From: Alphaproteobacteria bacterium
Lineage (GTDB): Bacteria; Pseudomonadota; Alphaproteobacteria; CALKHQ01
Direction of reading: 5' to 3'
Assembly: GCA_965227515.1 (NCBI GenBank)
Contig: CBDDFZ010000001.1
Location: 1,216,001 to 1,280,000, forward strand
Length of the DNA stretch: 64,000 nucleotides
Each line of letters begins with the position of its first letter. The stretch's first letter is position 1. The notes beneath the pieces were generated by a model. That model was not told where the DNA came from, ran no database searches, and saw nothing but the letters and a program-made list of their open reading frames with translations. Below are positions 29,890 through 39,949 of this stretch, in pieces. Position numbers and translations under genes: made by a program.

Positions 29890-29942
29890 GGCGGTCGCAT
29901 CTCTTCGTGGTTGGTTGCTGCGTCTACGGCGAGGAGGTCTTG

Positions 29943-30443
29943 TCAGGCCGCCATCTGGCGCCCGATGGTGAGCAGTCGGTCCACATCCAGCACCACCATC
30001 AGGCCTTCCTTCAGGCGGTACATGCCGACCGAGATTTCCCGCCAGGTCTCGTCCAGCGTCATCGGATTGCGCTCATAGGCCGAGGACGGGAGGCTCAGCA
30101 CCTCGCCGACGGAATCGATCAGCAGGCTGTAGAGTTCCTTGTCGTGCTCCACCACCACGGCCATGCCTTCCTCACCCTCGGGGCGGGACGGCAGGCCCAA
30201 CCGGCGGCGCACGTCGATGGCGGTGACGATGCGCCCGCGCAGGTTCAGCGCGCCGGCCACTTCCGGCGGGGACAGCGGAATGCGCGTGATGCGCTGCGGA
30301 CCCAGGATGTCCTGGACGCTGAGCACTGGGATGCCGAACAGCTGGCCATGCAGGGTCAGGGTCACGAAGTCGGCATGGTCGCGCTTGGCGAGGTCGGCGA
30401 CTTGCGACCCTTCATGGGTCTTGATGTCAGACGGGTTGGTCAT
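29943..30443 (-). CDS. cheW: Chemotaxis coupling protein CheW
   Basis: GALNLRGRIVTAID and LLIDSVGEV. Confidence 0.93.
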   Translation of the reverse strand: MTNPSDIKTHEGSQVADLAKRDHADFVTLTLHGQLFGIPVLSVQDILGPQRITRIPLSPPEVAGALNLRGRIVTAIDVRRRLGLPSRPEGEEGMAVVVEHDKELYSLLIDSVGEVLSLPSSAYERNPMTLDETWREISVGMYRLKEGLMVVLDVDRLLTIGRQMAA

Positions 30444-33280
30444 GCCGCACCTCGTTCACTCGTAATGGTTTCGCTGAGCGTCATCAGCAGGCCGTCGCGG
30501 TCGGTCTTGGAGACATAGTCGTCGAAGCCGACAGCGCGGCCGCGTTCCAGATCGCGCGGCGTGCTGTGCGACGACAGCGCGATGATCGGGGTCGACTTCC
30601 ACAGCAGGGAGTCGCGTACCGCCTCGGCAAGCTCGAAGCCGTTCATGTCCGGCATCTCGATGTCGCTGACGATGACATCGAAGACCTTGCCGCTCTCGCA
30701 CAGCGCCAGGGCTTCCTGGCCGCTTTCCACCGCGGTGACGGAGTAGCCGGCCGCATTGAGCAGCGGGTTCAGCATGTTGCGGAAGAACGGGCTGTCGTCG
30801 ACCAGCAGGATCTCGCGCTTGTGGCGGTCGTCCTCGGTGTCGGCGGAATCGACCGCACGGAACCAGTCGGCGTGGGCCTGGTCGAGATAGTAGCCAGCGT
30901 CGAGGATGTCGGTTGCCTTGCCCTCGATCACCGCGCTGCCGATGTAGCCTGGCTTGTCGCCCGACAGCTCGACCTTCAGGTGGTCTTCGACGATATCGAT
31001 GATCTCGTCGACGATCAGGCCCATCGACAGCTCGTCGTCGGCGAACACCAGGATCGGCTGCTGGCCCTCGGTCTTGGGCTCGTGATCCTCGCTGATCGAG
31101 ATCAGCGGCATCAGCCCGCCACGGTACTGCACCATGGGACGGCCGCCGGACCACTCGATCTTGTCGATGTCGATCTCCTCCAGGCGCGCAATCAGCGCCA
31201 GCGGCACCGCCTTCGGGCAGTTGTCGCCGGCCTTGAACACCAGCATGGCGATCTGGTCGTCGCTGGACTTGGCCCGCGCCGCCTTCGCCTCCAGGCGTTC
31301 CTTCTCGATCACGCTCTCGCCGGTGGAGGCGGCAATGCCATTGGGATCCAGGATCATGATCACGCTGCCGTCGCCCAGGATGGTGTTGCCGGAGAACATG
31401 GTGATGTTGCGCAGGATCGGCGCCACCGGCTTGACCACGATCTCCTCGGTGTCGAACACGCGGTCGACCACGATGCCGAACACGTTTGCGCCGACGCGGG
31501 TGACCACGATGAAGTGGTCGGAGCTGCCGTGCAGGGTCTTTTCGCCTTTGCCGCCGCCGTTCGCGGCGCCTTTGAGCGATTTGACGGAGTCGGCATCGTC
31601 CGCATTGGCGTCGTCGTCTTCCAGGCCCAGTTCGCGGGCCGGGGTATCGCCGCCGAGACCCAGGATGTCGCGCAGCGAGACCAGCGGCAGAATGCGGTCG
31701 CGCAGGCGCAGGACGGGGGCCTGGTTGATCATTTCGATGCGGTGCTCGGAATTTGCGGACACGCGCACCAGTTCCACGACGCTGAGCTGCGGCATGGCAA
31801 ACCGCTCGCCGCCGCACTCGACGATCAGCGCCGAGACGATGGCCAGGGTCAGCGGGATCTTGATGATGAACTGGCTGCCGTTGCCCTCGGTCGAGTTCAG
31901 TTCGATGGTGCCGCCGATCTGCTCGATGTTCGTGCGCACCACGTCCATGCCGACGCCGCGGCCGGACACGCTGGTCACGCTCTGGGCAGTGGAGAAGCCG
32001 GCCCGGAAGATGAACTGCTGGATCTGCTGATCGCTCATGCCTTCCAGCGCCTCTTCCGAGGACAGGCCGTTGTCGACGATCTTCTTCTTGATCTTCTCAA
32101 GGTTGAGGCCGCGACCGTCGTCGCTGATCTCGATGATGATATGGCCGCCCTCATGATAGGCGCGCAGCACGATCTTGCCGGTATCCGGCTTGCCGGCCTG
32201 CTTGCGCTCGTCCGGGGTCTCCAGGCCGTGGTCGGCGGAGTTGCGGACCATGTGGGTGAGCGGGTCCTTGATCAGGTCCAGCACCTGCCGGTCCAGCTCG
32301 GTGTCGGCGCCGACCATCTCGAGGTCGATCTTCTTGTCCAGCTCGACCGCAAGGTCGCGCACGATGCGCGGCAGCTTCGACCAGGCATTGCCGATCGGCT
32401 GCATGCGCGTCTTCATCACGTTTTCCTGCAACTCGGACGTGACGTGGCTGAGGCGCTGCAACGGCGGAACGAACTCGCTGTCCGACTGGTTGCGCACCAT
32501 CTGCAGCAGCTGGTTGCGGGTCAGAACCAGTTCGCTGACCAGGGTCATCAGGCTTTCCAGCAGGTTGACCCGGACGCGGATGGTCTGATTGGCGACCGCG
32601 GATTCCTTCGCGTTGCCGCCGGCCTCGGCCGTGGCCTCGTTGGCCGGAGCCGCCGCGGCGGCCGGCTTGGAGTCGGCGGGCTTGCTGTCGGCCGGCTGGG
32701 TGTCGGCCGGCTGGGCTTCGGCCGGCTGGGCGGCGTCTTCCGACGCTGCCTCGGCGGCGGGCTCGTCATTGGCTGGGACTTCGGCGGCGCCATCGTCGAT
32801 GATCATCTCGATCGACTCATCGGCACTGGCATCAGCCTCGACCACAACCTCGGGGTCGGGGGCGGCCTCTTCGGCGGCAGCGGGCGCGGGCGCCGCGCCG
32901 GCGTCGCCGTCGACAATCGCGTTCAGGCGGGAGATCAGCTCGCCGTCATCGCCCTCCGGCTCGACCTCTTTCGACTCTAGCTCGGAGAGCAGCCACTTGA
33001 TGCGGTCGATGGACTCCAACACGGTGGAGATGGTCGACGGCGCAACATCCAGCTCGCCATCGCGGATCTTGCCGAGGACGTTTTCCGATGCGTGGGCAAC
33101 CGCTTCCAGCCTTGGCAGGCCCAGGAAGCCGCACGTGCCCTTGATGGTGTGGACCAGTCGGAAAATGTTGCCCAACAAGTTCGGATCGTTGGGGTTCTGC
33201 TCGAGCTGCACCAGTTCAAGGTCCAGCACCGACAGGCTTTCCGACGTTTCGGTCAGGAACTCTGTGAGAAGATCATCCAT
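30440..33280 (-). CDS. cheA: Hybrid chemotaxis histidine kinase CheA (Hpt, kinase, two CheW domains, receiver)
   Basis: FRLVHTIKG, HMVRNSADHG, GFSTA and SGRGVGMDVV, with a C-terminal receiver SDIEMP. Confidence 0.96.
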   Translation of the reverse strand: MDDLLTEFLTETSESLSVLDLELVQLEQNPNDPNLLGNIFRLVHTIKGTCGFLGLPRLEAVAHASENVLGKIRDGELDVAPSTISTVLESIDRIKWLLSELESKEVEPEGDDGELISRLNAIVDGDAGAAPAPAAAEEAAPDPEVVVEADASADESIEMIIDDGAAEVPANDEPAAEAASEDAAQPAEAQPADTQPADSKPADSKPAAAAAPANEATAEAGGNAKESAVANQTIRVRVNLLESLMTLVSELVLTRNQLLQMVRNQSDSEFVPPLQRLSHVTSELQENVMKTRMQPIGNAWSKLPRIVRDLAVELDKKIDLEMVGADTELDRQVLDLIKDPLTHMVRNSADHGLETPDERKQAGKPDTGKIVLRAYHEGGHIIIEISDDGRGLNLEKIKKKIVDNGLSSEEALEGMSDQQIQQFIFRAGFSTAQSVTSVSGRGVGMDVVRTNIEQIGGTIELNSTEGNGSQFIIKIPLTLAIVSALIVECGGERFAMPQLSVVELVRVSANSEHRIEMINQAPVLRLRDRILPLVSLRDILGLGGDTPARELGLEDDDANADDADSVKSLKGAANGGGKGEKTLHGSSDHFIVVTRVGANVFGIVVDRVFDTEEIVVKPVAPILRNITMFSGNTILGDGSVIMILDPNGIAASTGESVIEKERLEAKAARAKSSDDQIAMLVFKAGDNCPKAVPLALIARLEEIDIDKIEWSGGRPMVQYRGGLMPLISISEDHEPKTEGQQPILVFADDELSMGLIVDEIIDIVEDHLKVELSGDKPGYIGSAVIEGKATDILDAGYYLDQAHADWFRAVDSADTEDDRHKREILLVDDSPFFRNMLNPLLNAAGYSVTAVESGQEALALCESGKVFDVIVSDIEMPDMNGFELAEAVRDSLLWKSTPIIALSSHSTPRDLERGRAVGFDDYVSKTDRDGLLMTLSETITSERGAA

Positions 33281-33478
33281 GGCAATAAAATCCGAACTCC
33301 AGCGGTCGGGGCGCCGGCGCTGAATGTCCGTGACGCCGGTCGAGTAGCCGGCAAAATTACGGTGAAACACCCTAAAAAGGCGTAAAATGACCTGGCGGAA
33401 AGCAGCCGGCCGGTTGCGCGCGACGCGTTCGAACACACGCGGTAGCTGGAAATTCGCGCTTTTGCGGCCGTTACAAAT

Positions 33479-34459
33479 TTACATAAATGTTCCGGCCAGT
33501 GTGACCGGCACACCGCCCAGGCCGAGCTTGAAGTGGGCGACGCCGGGGGCGCCGGTGGTGTTCAAGCCGCCGACATCCAGGAATCCGTGGCCGGCATCGC
33601 GCAGGCGCAGCATCGCCTGCCACAGCAACAAATTGTGGGCCGCCGCCTGCCGGCCCTCCGGCCCGGTCCAGCCCACGTGATAGGTCGCCGCCGACCCGTG
33701 CCCCACCAGCATGACACCGGCAATCCGCGCCTTGCCGCGAAGCGCCACCAGCGTCAGAACACTGCGCCGGCCGGTCGCCAACAGGGCGTGCAGCGCGGCG
33801 GCATCCGGCGCCTTGTGCCGGCGTGCCCGCCGGAATGCGTCATGTTCGCCGATCAGCCAGTCGGCATCCGCGCCAGCGCCGTTCGTCGCGCGTACCCGAA
33901 TGCCGCTGTTCTCGGCCTTGACCAACAGGTTGCGCCACTTGCCGGCCAACCCGGCGCGCAACGCCGCATCGTCGCGGGCGAGATCGACCCAGGCGGTGTG
34001 ATAGCCGGTCATCACCCGCCGCATGCCAGCGCCGCGCATGGCAGCGACGACGGAGTCGGCGAACGGCAGGTCGGGCATCCACAACAGCACGGCACCACGG
34101 CGCCAGCGGTAGCGGCTGCGGACCGCGCGGAAGGTCGCGTCCAATGTCGTCGCATCGGGCGGCGCCAGCCAGGCCGGGCCGCGCAGGATGTGGCCCAGCC
34201 GCAGGCCGGCAAAGCGCTCCTTGGTCAGCACCTGCAGGACGCCAATCGTCTCGTTGCACTGCCTGATGGCGCAGCGCTCGACCCCATGGCCGGCCGCCAG
34301 GGTCGCGAACGCCGTGCCGTAGGCCCAGCTCTGCTCGAGCGCCGGCTGATGCGCGCGCGCAAGAAATGCATTCCAGCGGCGCTCCGGCAGGTCGGTCCAG
34401 TCGAGGGCGACCGGAGAGATCGGCGCCACGCCGGACGCCATGGCGCTGCTAGGCGACAT
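33479..34459 (-). CDS. GNAT/FemAB-like acyltransferase
   Basis: LEQSWAYG, LAGKWRNLL, AHNLLLWQAM and GVAHFKLGLGG. Confidence 0.8.
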   Translation of the reverse strand: MSPSSAMASGVAPISPVALDWTDLPERRWNAFLARAHQPALEQSWAYGTAFATLAAGHGVERCAIRQCNETIGVLQVLTKERFAGLRLGHILRGPAWLAPPDATTLDATFRAVRSRYRWRRGAVLLWMPDLPFADSVVAAMRGAGMRRVMTGYHTAWVDLARDDAALRAGLAGKWRNLLVKAENSGIRVRATNGAGADADWLIGEHDAFRRARRHKAPDAAALHALLATGRRSVLTLVALRGKARIAGVMLVGHGSAATYHVGWTGPEGRQAAAHNLLLWQAMLRLRDAGHGFLDVGGLNTTGAPGVAHFKLGLGGVPVTLAGTFM

Positions 34460-34496
34460 CGCTTGCCCGCGTGCGCGAAATCGGCAGACTGCCGGC

Positions 34497-34718
34497 ATGG
34501 GACTCCCGACCGAGCGCAGGAAAGCCGCCAGCACGCGTTCGTCGCCGGCACATGCCGATCGATTCCCCGGTCCGAAGTTCACCGGCTGGGCCTGGGCGTA
34601 TTTCGGCATGTTCGTCGCCGCGCCGATCCTGCTTGTCGCGCTGTTGCTGGACGTGGTGGCCTACGCGGTGACCGCCTTGTGGTTCGACACCTGCTATGGC
34701 GTGCTCTGCCTGTTCTGA
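34497..34718 (+). CDS. Small membrane protein, hypothetical
   Basis: Hydrophobic stretch ending CYGVLCLF, with coding-like codon usage. Confidence 0.55.
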   Translation: MGLPTERRKAASTRSSPAHADRFPGPKFTGWAWAYFGMFVAAPILLVALLLDVVAYAVTALWFDTCYGVLCLF

Positions 34719-34871
34719 GGGGCTGCGGCCGCCAGGCCGAATCGTGCCGCCACGAAAGCGTGACGGACGCCGCACAATACTGGGGGCGACCACGCGCGGA
34801 AAGCTCCAGCGAACGGTGAGTAAACGCGATATCGGGAAGACTAGGCCGGCCCGTGGGCGCCGTGCCGCTGC

Positions 34872-35081
34872 TCAATCGATGAACTTGAGCTCCGCGGCCG
34901 CCATCTTGCCGTTCTTGCCGCGCACAAGTTCGTATTCGACCCGCTGACCTTCCGGCAGGCCCTCCAGGCCCGACCTTTGGACGGCTGAAATATGAACGAA
35001 TGCGTCTTTCGATCCGTCGTCAGGCACGATGAATCCGTACCCTTTGGTTGTATTGAACCACTTCACGGTGCCTGTCGGCAT
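34872..35081 (-). CDS. Cold-shock protein, CspA family
   Basis: [18 protein letters not shown] and DAFVHISAV (RNP1 and RNP2). Confidence 0.95.
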   Translation of the reverse strand: MPTGTVKWFNTTKGYGFIVPDDGSKDAFVHISAVQRSGLEGLPEGQRVEYELVRGKNGKMAAAELKFID

Positions 35082-35208
35082 CGGCCTACTCCAAAAGGTT
35101 GCGCTCACGAACGGTGCGCAAACTAACCGTGCTCCAGGGGGCTTCCGACCACCAACGCACAGGCACTTAGCCGACCCGCAGCGCCAGTATGTCGCACGGA
35201 GACACCCA

Positions 35209-35237
35209 AGGCTTAACTTTCCGGAACAAGATGTCAA
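35209..35237 (-). promoter_or_regulatory. Sigma70-type promoter of the csp gene, implying a 5' UTR of about 120 nt
   Basis: Minus strand TTGACA-N16-TAAGCC (or N17-AAGCCT). Long leaders are typical of csp mRNAs. Confidence 0.5.
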
Positions 35238-35408
35238 CGGGTTGTTCCGGGCGCATCGACACTTTTTCTGGCGTTTCGCGCCCGTGACACTTTGATGATT
35301 TTGCCGGTCTGCAACCGGAGATCGCAAACTCCGCACGCTGCTTGCGCCGGGGCCCGGTCAACAACCGTATCTTAACTGTATCGGCCGAAAACCGGGGCGT
35401 TACCCAGT

Positions 35409-35900
35409 ATGAGAACGGAGAGTCCGGTGAGTGAAAGCCTCGTCGCCGAGCCACAGGAAGTGTCTGAGGACTGCATCCACCATTTCTTCTACCTCAGTTC
35501 GGCGTCCCGGATGCTTGCAGCGTCGGAACTGGAAGCGATTCTTGAGGTGTCGCGCCGCAACAATGCGGCCGCGGGCGTTACCGGAATGCTGATCCATCAC
35601 GAGGGGACCTTCATCCAGTATTTGGAGGGACCGCACGATGCCGTGGTGGCAACGGAGCGGCGCATCCGCCGCGACCGGCGCCACTCTGGCGTGCTGACCC
35701 TGTCGCAGGGCACCGACGGCCGCCGGCTGTTCGACGGCTGGAGCATGGGCTTCGCCAACGCACCGCAACTGGATGCGCAGGCGGATGCTGCCGGCGGGGC
35801 CTTCGATCTGTCTTGGCACGAACTGGACCGGCGCGTGCCGGAAGGTTTTCCGGATCTGATCCGCACCATGATGCGCCAGGTCTATACGTCGTCACGCTGA
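35409..35900 (+). CDS. Stand-alone BLUF blue-light sensor protein
   Basis: Conserved Y (FYLSS), NN, GVTGML, FIQYLEG, RHS and FDGWSM. Confidence 0.9.
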   Translation: MRTESPVSESLVAEPQEVSEDCIHHFFYLSSASRMLAASELEAILEVSRRNNAAAGVTGMLIHHEGTFIQYLEGPHDAVVATERRIRRDRRHSGVLTLSQGTDGRRLFDGWSMGFANAPQLDAQADAAGGAFDLSWHELDRRVPEGFPDLIRTMMRQVYTSSR

Positions 35901-36041
35901 CGCGCCGCGACGGCCGGTTGGCCGCGCAGGCTGGACTCCGGCCCACCGACCCCAATATCTCACTATCGTAGAGCCGGGCGCCCCGCGTGGGCGGCGCGTC
36001 GGCGCATATGGTTGTGGTGCGGCCTGCCAGCGGTGACAGAG

Positions 36042-37412
36042 ATGAAACAGAACCAGATACCGGACCCCGGCGTCATCTTCCGGATGGTGGGCGAGGACTA
36101 TGCCGGCGCCGCGACGCTGCCGATGGGCGAACGCGAGCTGGCCGAGCTTTCGCTGTGGATCGTCGAGGCGGGGCTCGCCCAGACCACCGACGAGGCGCTG
36201 GTGGCCGGCCTGGCGGACCGCCTGGCGGCGCTGGGCATTCCGCTGCTTCGCGTCAACATGAGCTACACCACCCTCCACCCGACCATTGCCGGGCGCGAGC
36301 TGGAGTGGTGGCGGGACAATGCCTCCGTGGCGCTGAACCTGTGGCAGCGCGAGAGCATGGAGCAGACCAACGCACGGGGCGACAGGCCCTACCCGTACAT
36401 GCTGAAGAACGACGTCGCGGCGATCCGCGCCGACCTGACCGACCCTGAGCACCAGGCGCGCTTTCCGCTGTTCGCCTCGCTCGCCGAGATCGGCGGCACC
36501 GGCTACTACGGACGCATCTACCGGCTCGCCGAATCGCAAAATCCGCAGGTCTTCAACGGTGTCGCGATCTCATGGGTGACGGACGGCCCGGAGGGCATGA
36601 CCGACGCCTATGTCGAGATGTTCGAACGGCTGCTGCCCTACATCGTCTCCGCCGCCAGGGGCATGGCGACCGAGACCGTCGCCCGGGGCCTGCTGGAAAC
36701 CTATATCGGGCCGGACGCCGGCCGCCGCGTGTTCGGCGGGACGGTCACCCGCGGCGATGCCGAGACCATCCGCGCGGTGATCTGGTTCGCCGATATGCGC
36801 GGCTTCACCAAGATCGCCGACACGCTGCCGCCGGACCAGTTGATGGCGCTGTTGAACCGGTATTTCGAGGTCATGGTGGACATCGTCATCGCCCATGGCG
36901 GCGATGTGCTGAAGTTCCTGGGCGACGGGCTGCTGGCGATCTTCCGCGATGCCGATGGCGGGCCCGCATGCAAGCCTGCGCTGGCGGCGGCGCACGAACT
37001 GCAGGGCGCGCTGGCGAAGCTGGATGCCGAGCAGGCGGCGGCCGGTCTGCCGCTGGCCGGTTTTCGGGTGGCGCTGCACGTGGGCGAGCTGCTCTACGGC
37101 AACATCGGCGGGCGTGACCGGCTGGACTTCACCGTGCTGGGCCCGGCGGTGAACGAGGCGAGCCGGATGAACGCGCTCGCCAAGTCGCTGGAGCAGGACG
37201 TGATCGTCTCGTCCGCCTTCGCGCAAGTCTGCGACCGCGCCGACGCCTGCCAGGTCGCCGGCGGCCTGGTCTCCCTCGGCCGCTATGCCTTGCGCGGCGT
37301 CGGCGCGCCCCAGCACCTCTACACCCTGGACACGTCTGGCGATGTGGAGGCCGATCCGGGGCGCGGGCATCAAGAGGGCGATCAAGAGGGCGATCAAGAG
37401 GGCGGCGGTTAA
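36042..37412 (+). CDS. Class III adenylate/guanylate cyclase with an N-terminal GAF-like region
   Basis: WFADMRGFT, KFLGDG and RLDFTVLGPAVNEASR. The Lys/Asp pair indicates ATP specificity. Confidence 0.9.
   Translation: MKQNQIPDPGVIFRMVGEDYAGAATLPMGERELAELSLWIVEAGLAQTTDEALVAGLADRLAALGIPLLRVNMSYTTLHPTIAGRELEWWRDNASVALNLWQRESMEQTNARGDRPYPYMLKNDVAAIRADLTDPEHQARFPLFASLAEIGGTGYYGRIYRLAESQNPQVFNGVAISWVTDGPEGMTDAYVEMFERLLPYIVSAARGMATETVARGLLETYIGPDAGRRVFGGTVTRGDAETIRAVIWFADMRGFTKIADTLPPDQLMALLNRYFEVMVDIVIAHGGDVLKFLGDGLLAIFRDADGGPACKPALAAAHELQGALAKLDAEQAAAGLPLAGFRVALHVGELLYGNIGGRDRLDFTVLGPAVNEASRMNALAKSLEQDVIVSSAFAQVCDRADACQVAGGLVSLGRYALRGVGAPQHLYTLDTSGDVEADPGRGHQEGDQEGDQEGGG
37368..37403 (+). repeat. 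12-bp tandem repeat, three copies, in the cyclase C-terminus
   Basis: (C/G)ATCAAGAGGGC three times, encoding HQEG DQEG DQEG. Confidence 0.8.
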
Positions 37413-37474
37413 CGCCATTTTATGCATGCGCTGCCACAGTGCTCCGGTCGAGCATCGAGAGCACGGACGGCGCC

Positions 37475-38596
37475 ATGAAGGCTTCCACCACCGCATCCCC
37501 GCCACATCAGCAGCCTGCCGCGCAGGCGCCCAAGCCATCGACCGCACAATCGCCCACTGCGCCACCCAAAGTGGCCCAGGGCGACGGCCCGGACGTGATG
37601 CTGTCGGTGGTGGTTCCGGTGTTCAACGAGGAAGAGACCATCAAGGTCTTCCTGGACCGTGTGGAGCCCATCCTGCAGTTGGTCTGTGCCCCGCAGGCCT
37701 ATGAGATCGTGTTCGTGGACGATGGCAGCCGCGACCGCACGGTCGACGCCATTCTGTCGGCGCGCGGCGACAACCCGTCAGTGCGCCTGGTTCGGCTTTC
37801 GCGCAATTTCGGCAAGGACATCGCGCTGACCGCGGGCATCGACCATGCCGTCGGCGCCGGTGTTATCCCGATGGACGTAGACCTTCAGGACCCGCCGGAA
37901 GTGATCCCGGCGATGGTGGAGGCGTGGCGCAACGGCAATGACGTGGTCTACGCGACCCGCGCGCGGCGCGAGGGCGACGGGCCGCTGAAGCGGTTCAGCG
38001 CGCGCTGGTTCTACACCGTGCACAACTGGTTGGCCGACGTCCCGATCCCCCACGACACCGGCGACTTCCGCCTGATGGACCGCCGGGTGGTGGAGGCGCT
38101 GAAGCTGTTGCCGGAACGCAACCGGTTCATGAAGGGCCTGTTCACCTGGGTCGGCTTCAAGCAGACCGGCATCGAATACGAGCGCGCGGCCCGTGCTGTC
38201 GGTGACAGCAAATGGCGCTACTGGAAGCTGTGGACGTTCGCGCTGGACGGCATCACCGCGTCGTCGACCGCGCCGCTCAGGATCTGGGGCTATCTCGGTG
38301 CCTTCATCGCGCTGGGCAGCTTCGCCTATGCCATGGTGCTGGTGATCCAGGGCCTGCTGTTCGGCAGCGAAGTGCCGGGCTACACCTCGCTGATGGTGGC
38401 CGTCCTGTTCATGGGCGGCATCAACCTGCTCACCCTGGGCATTATCGGCGAATATCTGGGCCGCACCTATGCCGAGGTGAAGAGCCGGCCGCTCTATCTG
38501 GTCAGCGAACGCCATGGCGTGGCGACCGCGCCCGCCGTGCTGCCGGTCGACCAACCGACCGTGCCGGCGCAGGACTACACGGTGGCGGCGGAATGA
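37475..38596 (+). CDS. GtrB-like bactoprenol glycosyltransferase (GT2)
   Basis: SRNFGK, MDVDLQDPP, TGDFRLMDR and ERNRFMKG, with two C-terminal TM helices. Confidence 0.9.
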   Translation: MKASTTASPPHQQPAAQAPKPSTAQSPTAPPKVAQGDGPDVMLSVVVPVFNEEETIKVFLDRVEPILQLVCAPQAYEIVFVDDGSRDRTVDAILSARGDNPSVRLVRLSRNFGKDIALTAGIDHAVGAGVIPMDVDLQDPPEVIPAMVEAWRNGNDVVYATRARREGDGPLKRFSARWFYTVHNWLADVPIPHDTGDFRLMDRRVVEALKLLPERNRFMKGLFTWVGFKQTGIEYERAARAVGDSKWRYWKLWTFALDGITASSTAPLRIWGYLGAFIALGSFAYAMVLVIQGLLFGSEVPGYTSLMVAVLFMGGINLLTLGIIGEYLGRTYAEVKSRPLYLVSERHGVATAPAVLPVDQPTVPAQDYTVAAE

Positions 38597-39027
38597 GCGT
38601 GGAGACCGCCGTGCCGCCGCGCCACCTGTTCCTGGAACTGGTGCGCTTCGGCATCGTCGGCGTCGCCGCGACCCTGGTGCATGTCGGCGTGGCGGTCGCG
38701 TGTGTCGAGGCCGCTGGCCTGGACCCGTTCGTCGCCAACCTGCTCGCGTTCACCACGGCGGTCGGCATCTCCTATGTCGGTCATATGTACGTGACGTTCG
38801 GTGCGCGCGGCGCCCATGCGCAGCGGCTGCCCCGTTTCGTCGCCACCGCCCTGTTGGGGCTGGGCCTGAACCAGTTGATCATGGCGACCTGGGTCAGCGC
38901 CCTGGAATGGGACTATCGTGGCGCGCTTGCCATCGTCGTGACCCTGGTGCCGGCGCTGACCTACGCGGTCTCCAAGAAGTGGGTGTTCGGCGGCCACGCC
39001 CACCGCGCTGCCGAGACCGCGCGGTAA
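38593..39027 (+). CDS. GtrA-family flippase-like membrane protein
   Basis: RFGIVG...ANLLAF...RFVA...KKWVF. ATGA overlap with the GtrB-like gene. Confidence 0.88.
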   Translation: MSVETAVPPRHLFLELVRFGIVGVAATLVHVGVAVACVEAAGLDPFVANLLAFTTAVGISYVGHMYVTFGARGAHAQRLPRFVATALLGLGLNQLIMATWVSALEWDYRGALAIVVTLVPALTYAVSKKWVFGGHAHRAAETAR

Positions 39028-39050
39028 CGGTTTCTGGCACTATCCCTTTT

Positions 39051-39142
39051 CGTCATGCCCGCACTTGTTGCGGGCATCCACGTCTTGTTGGCCGCTCAAG
39101 CGGCCATTTTCGTGGATGGTCGGGTCAAGCCCGACCATGACA
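39051..39142. repeat. CGTC-type REP doublet between convergent genes
   Basis: CGTCATGCCCGCACTTGTTGCGGGCATCCACG ... CGTGGATGGTCGGGTCAAGCCCGACCATGACA. Confidence 0.8.
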
Positions 39143-39174
39143 GTCTTGGCTTGTATTGCCGGCGCTCGTGCGGA

Positions 39175-39459
39175 TCAGACCGACAGCGCGGCGCGGTAGG
39201 TGTCGAGCAGGGCCTCCATCTCCTGGCGGTCGGCCGGCTCCATCTTGCGCAGGCGAATCACCTGGCGCATGGTCTTCGGGTCGAAGCCGTCCGACTTCGC
39301 CTCGGCATAGACTTCCTTGATGTCGGCGGACAGCGCCGCCTTTTCCTCTTCCAGCTGCTCGATGCGCTCGATGAAGCTGCGCAACCGCTCGACCGCGACT
39401 CCGCCAACGTCTGCGCTCCCAGCGTCTGTGCCTGCTGCGGCGCTGCCCTGTTCGCTCAT
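39175..39459 (-). CDS. gapR: GapR/DUF2312 nucleoid-associated protein
   Basis: [37 protein letters not shown]. Confidence 0.9.
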   Translation of the reverse strand: MSEQGSAAAGTDAGSADVGGVAVERLRSFIERIEQLEEEKAALSADIKEVYAEAKSDGFDPKTMRQVIRLRKMEPADRQEMEALLDTYRAALSV

Positions 39460-39540
39460 GCCATCCCCGTCCGAATCCAGAATTGAGCGGCGCACAATAT
39501 GGAGGCCGCCTGCCAGGTGCAAACCTGGAATTCGATATCC

Positions 39541-39843
<303 letters not shown>

Positions 39844-39949
39844 GGCGGCCTCCGGCTGATGATGTAGGTTTCTATCCATGTGGGGCGTGAGGCGGCTGGT
39901 CGTCAAGCTTTGGGCGTCAAGCGTATCGCCGTCGCAGCAGGAGGTATTC

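Noticed and set aside
30456-32980. Long alternative-frame and antisense ORFs over cheA, and likewise over ClC, dnaX, MscS and the TPR genes
   Set aside because: Expected in high-GC DNA with few off-frame stops. They have no motifs and overlap well-supported genes.
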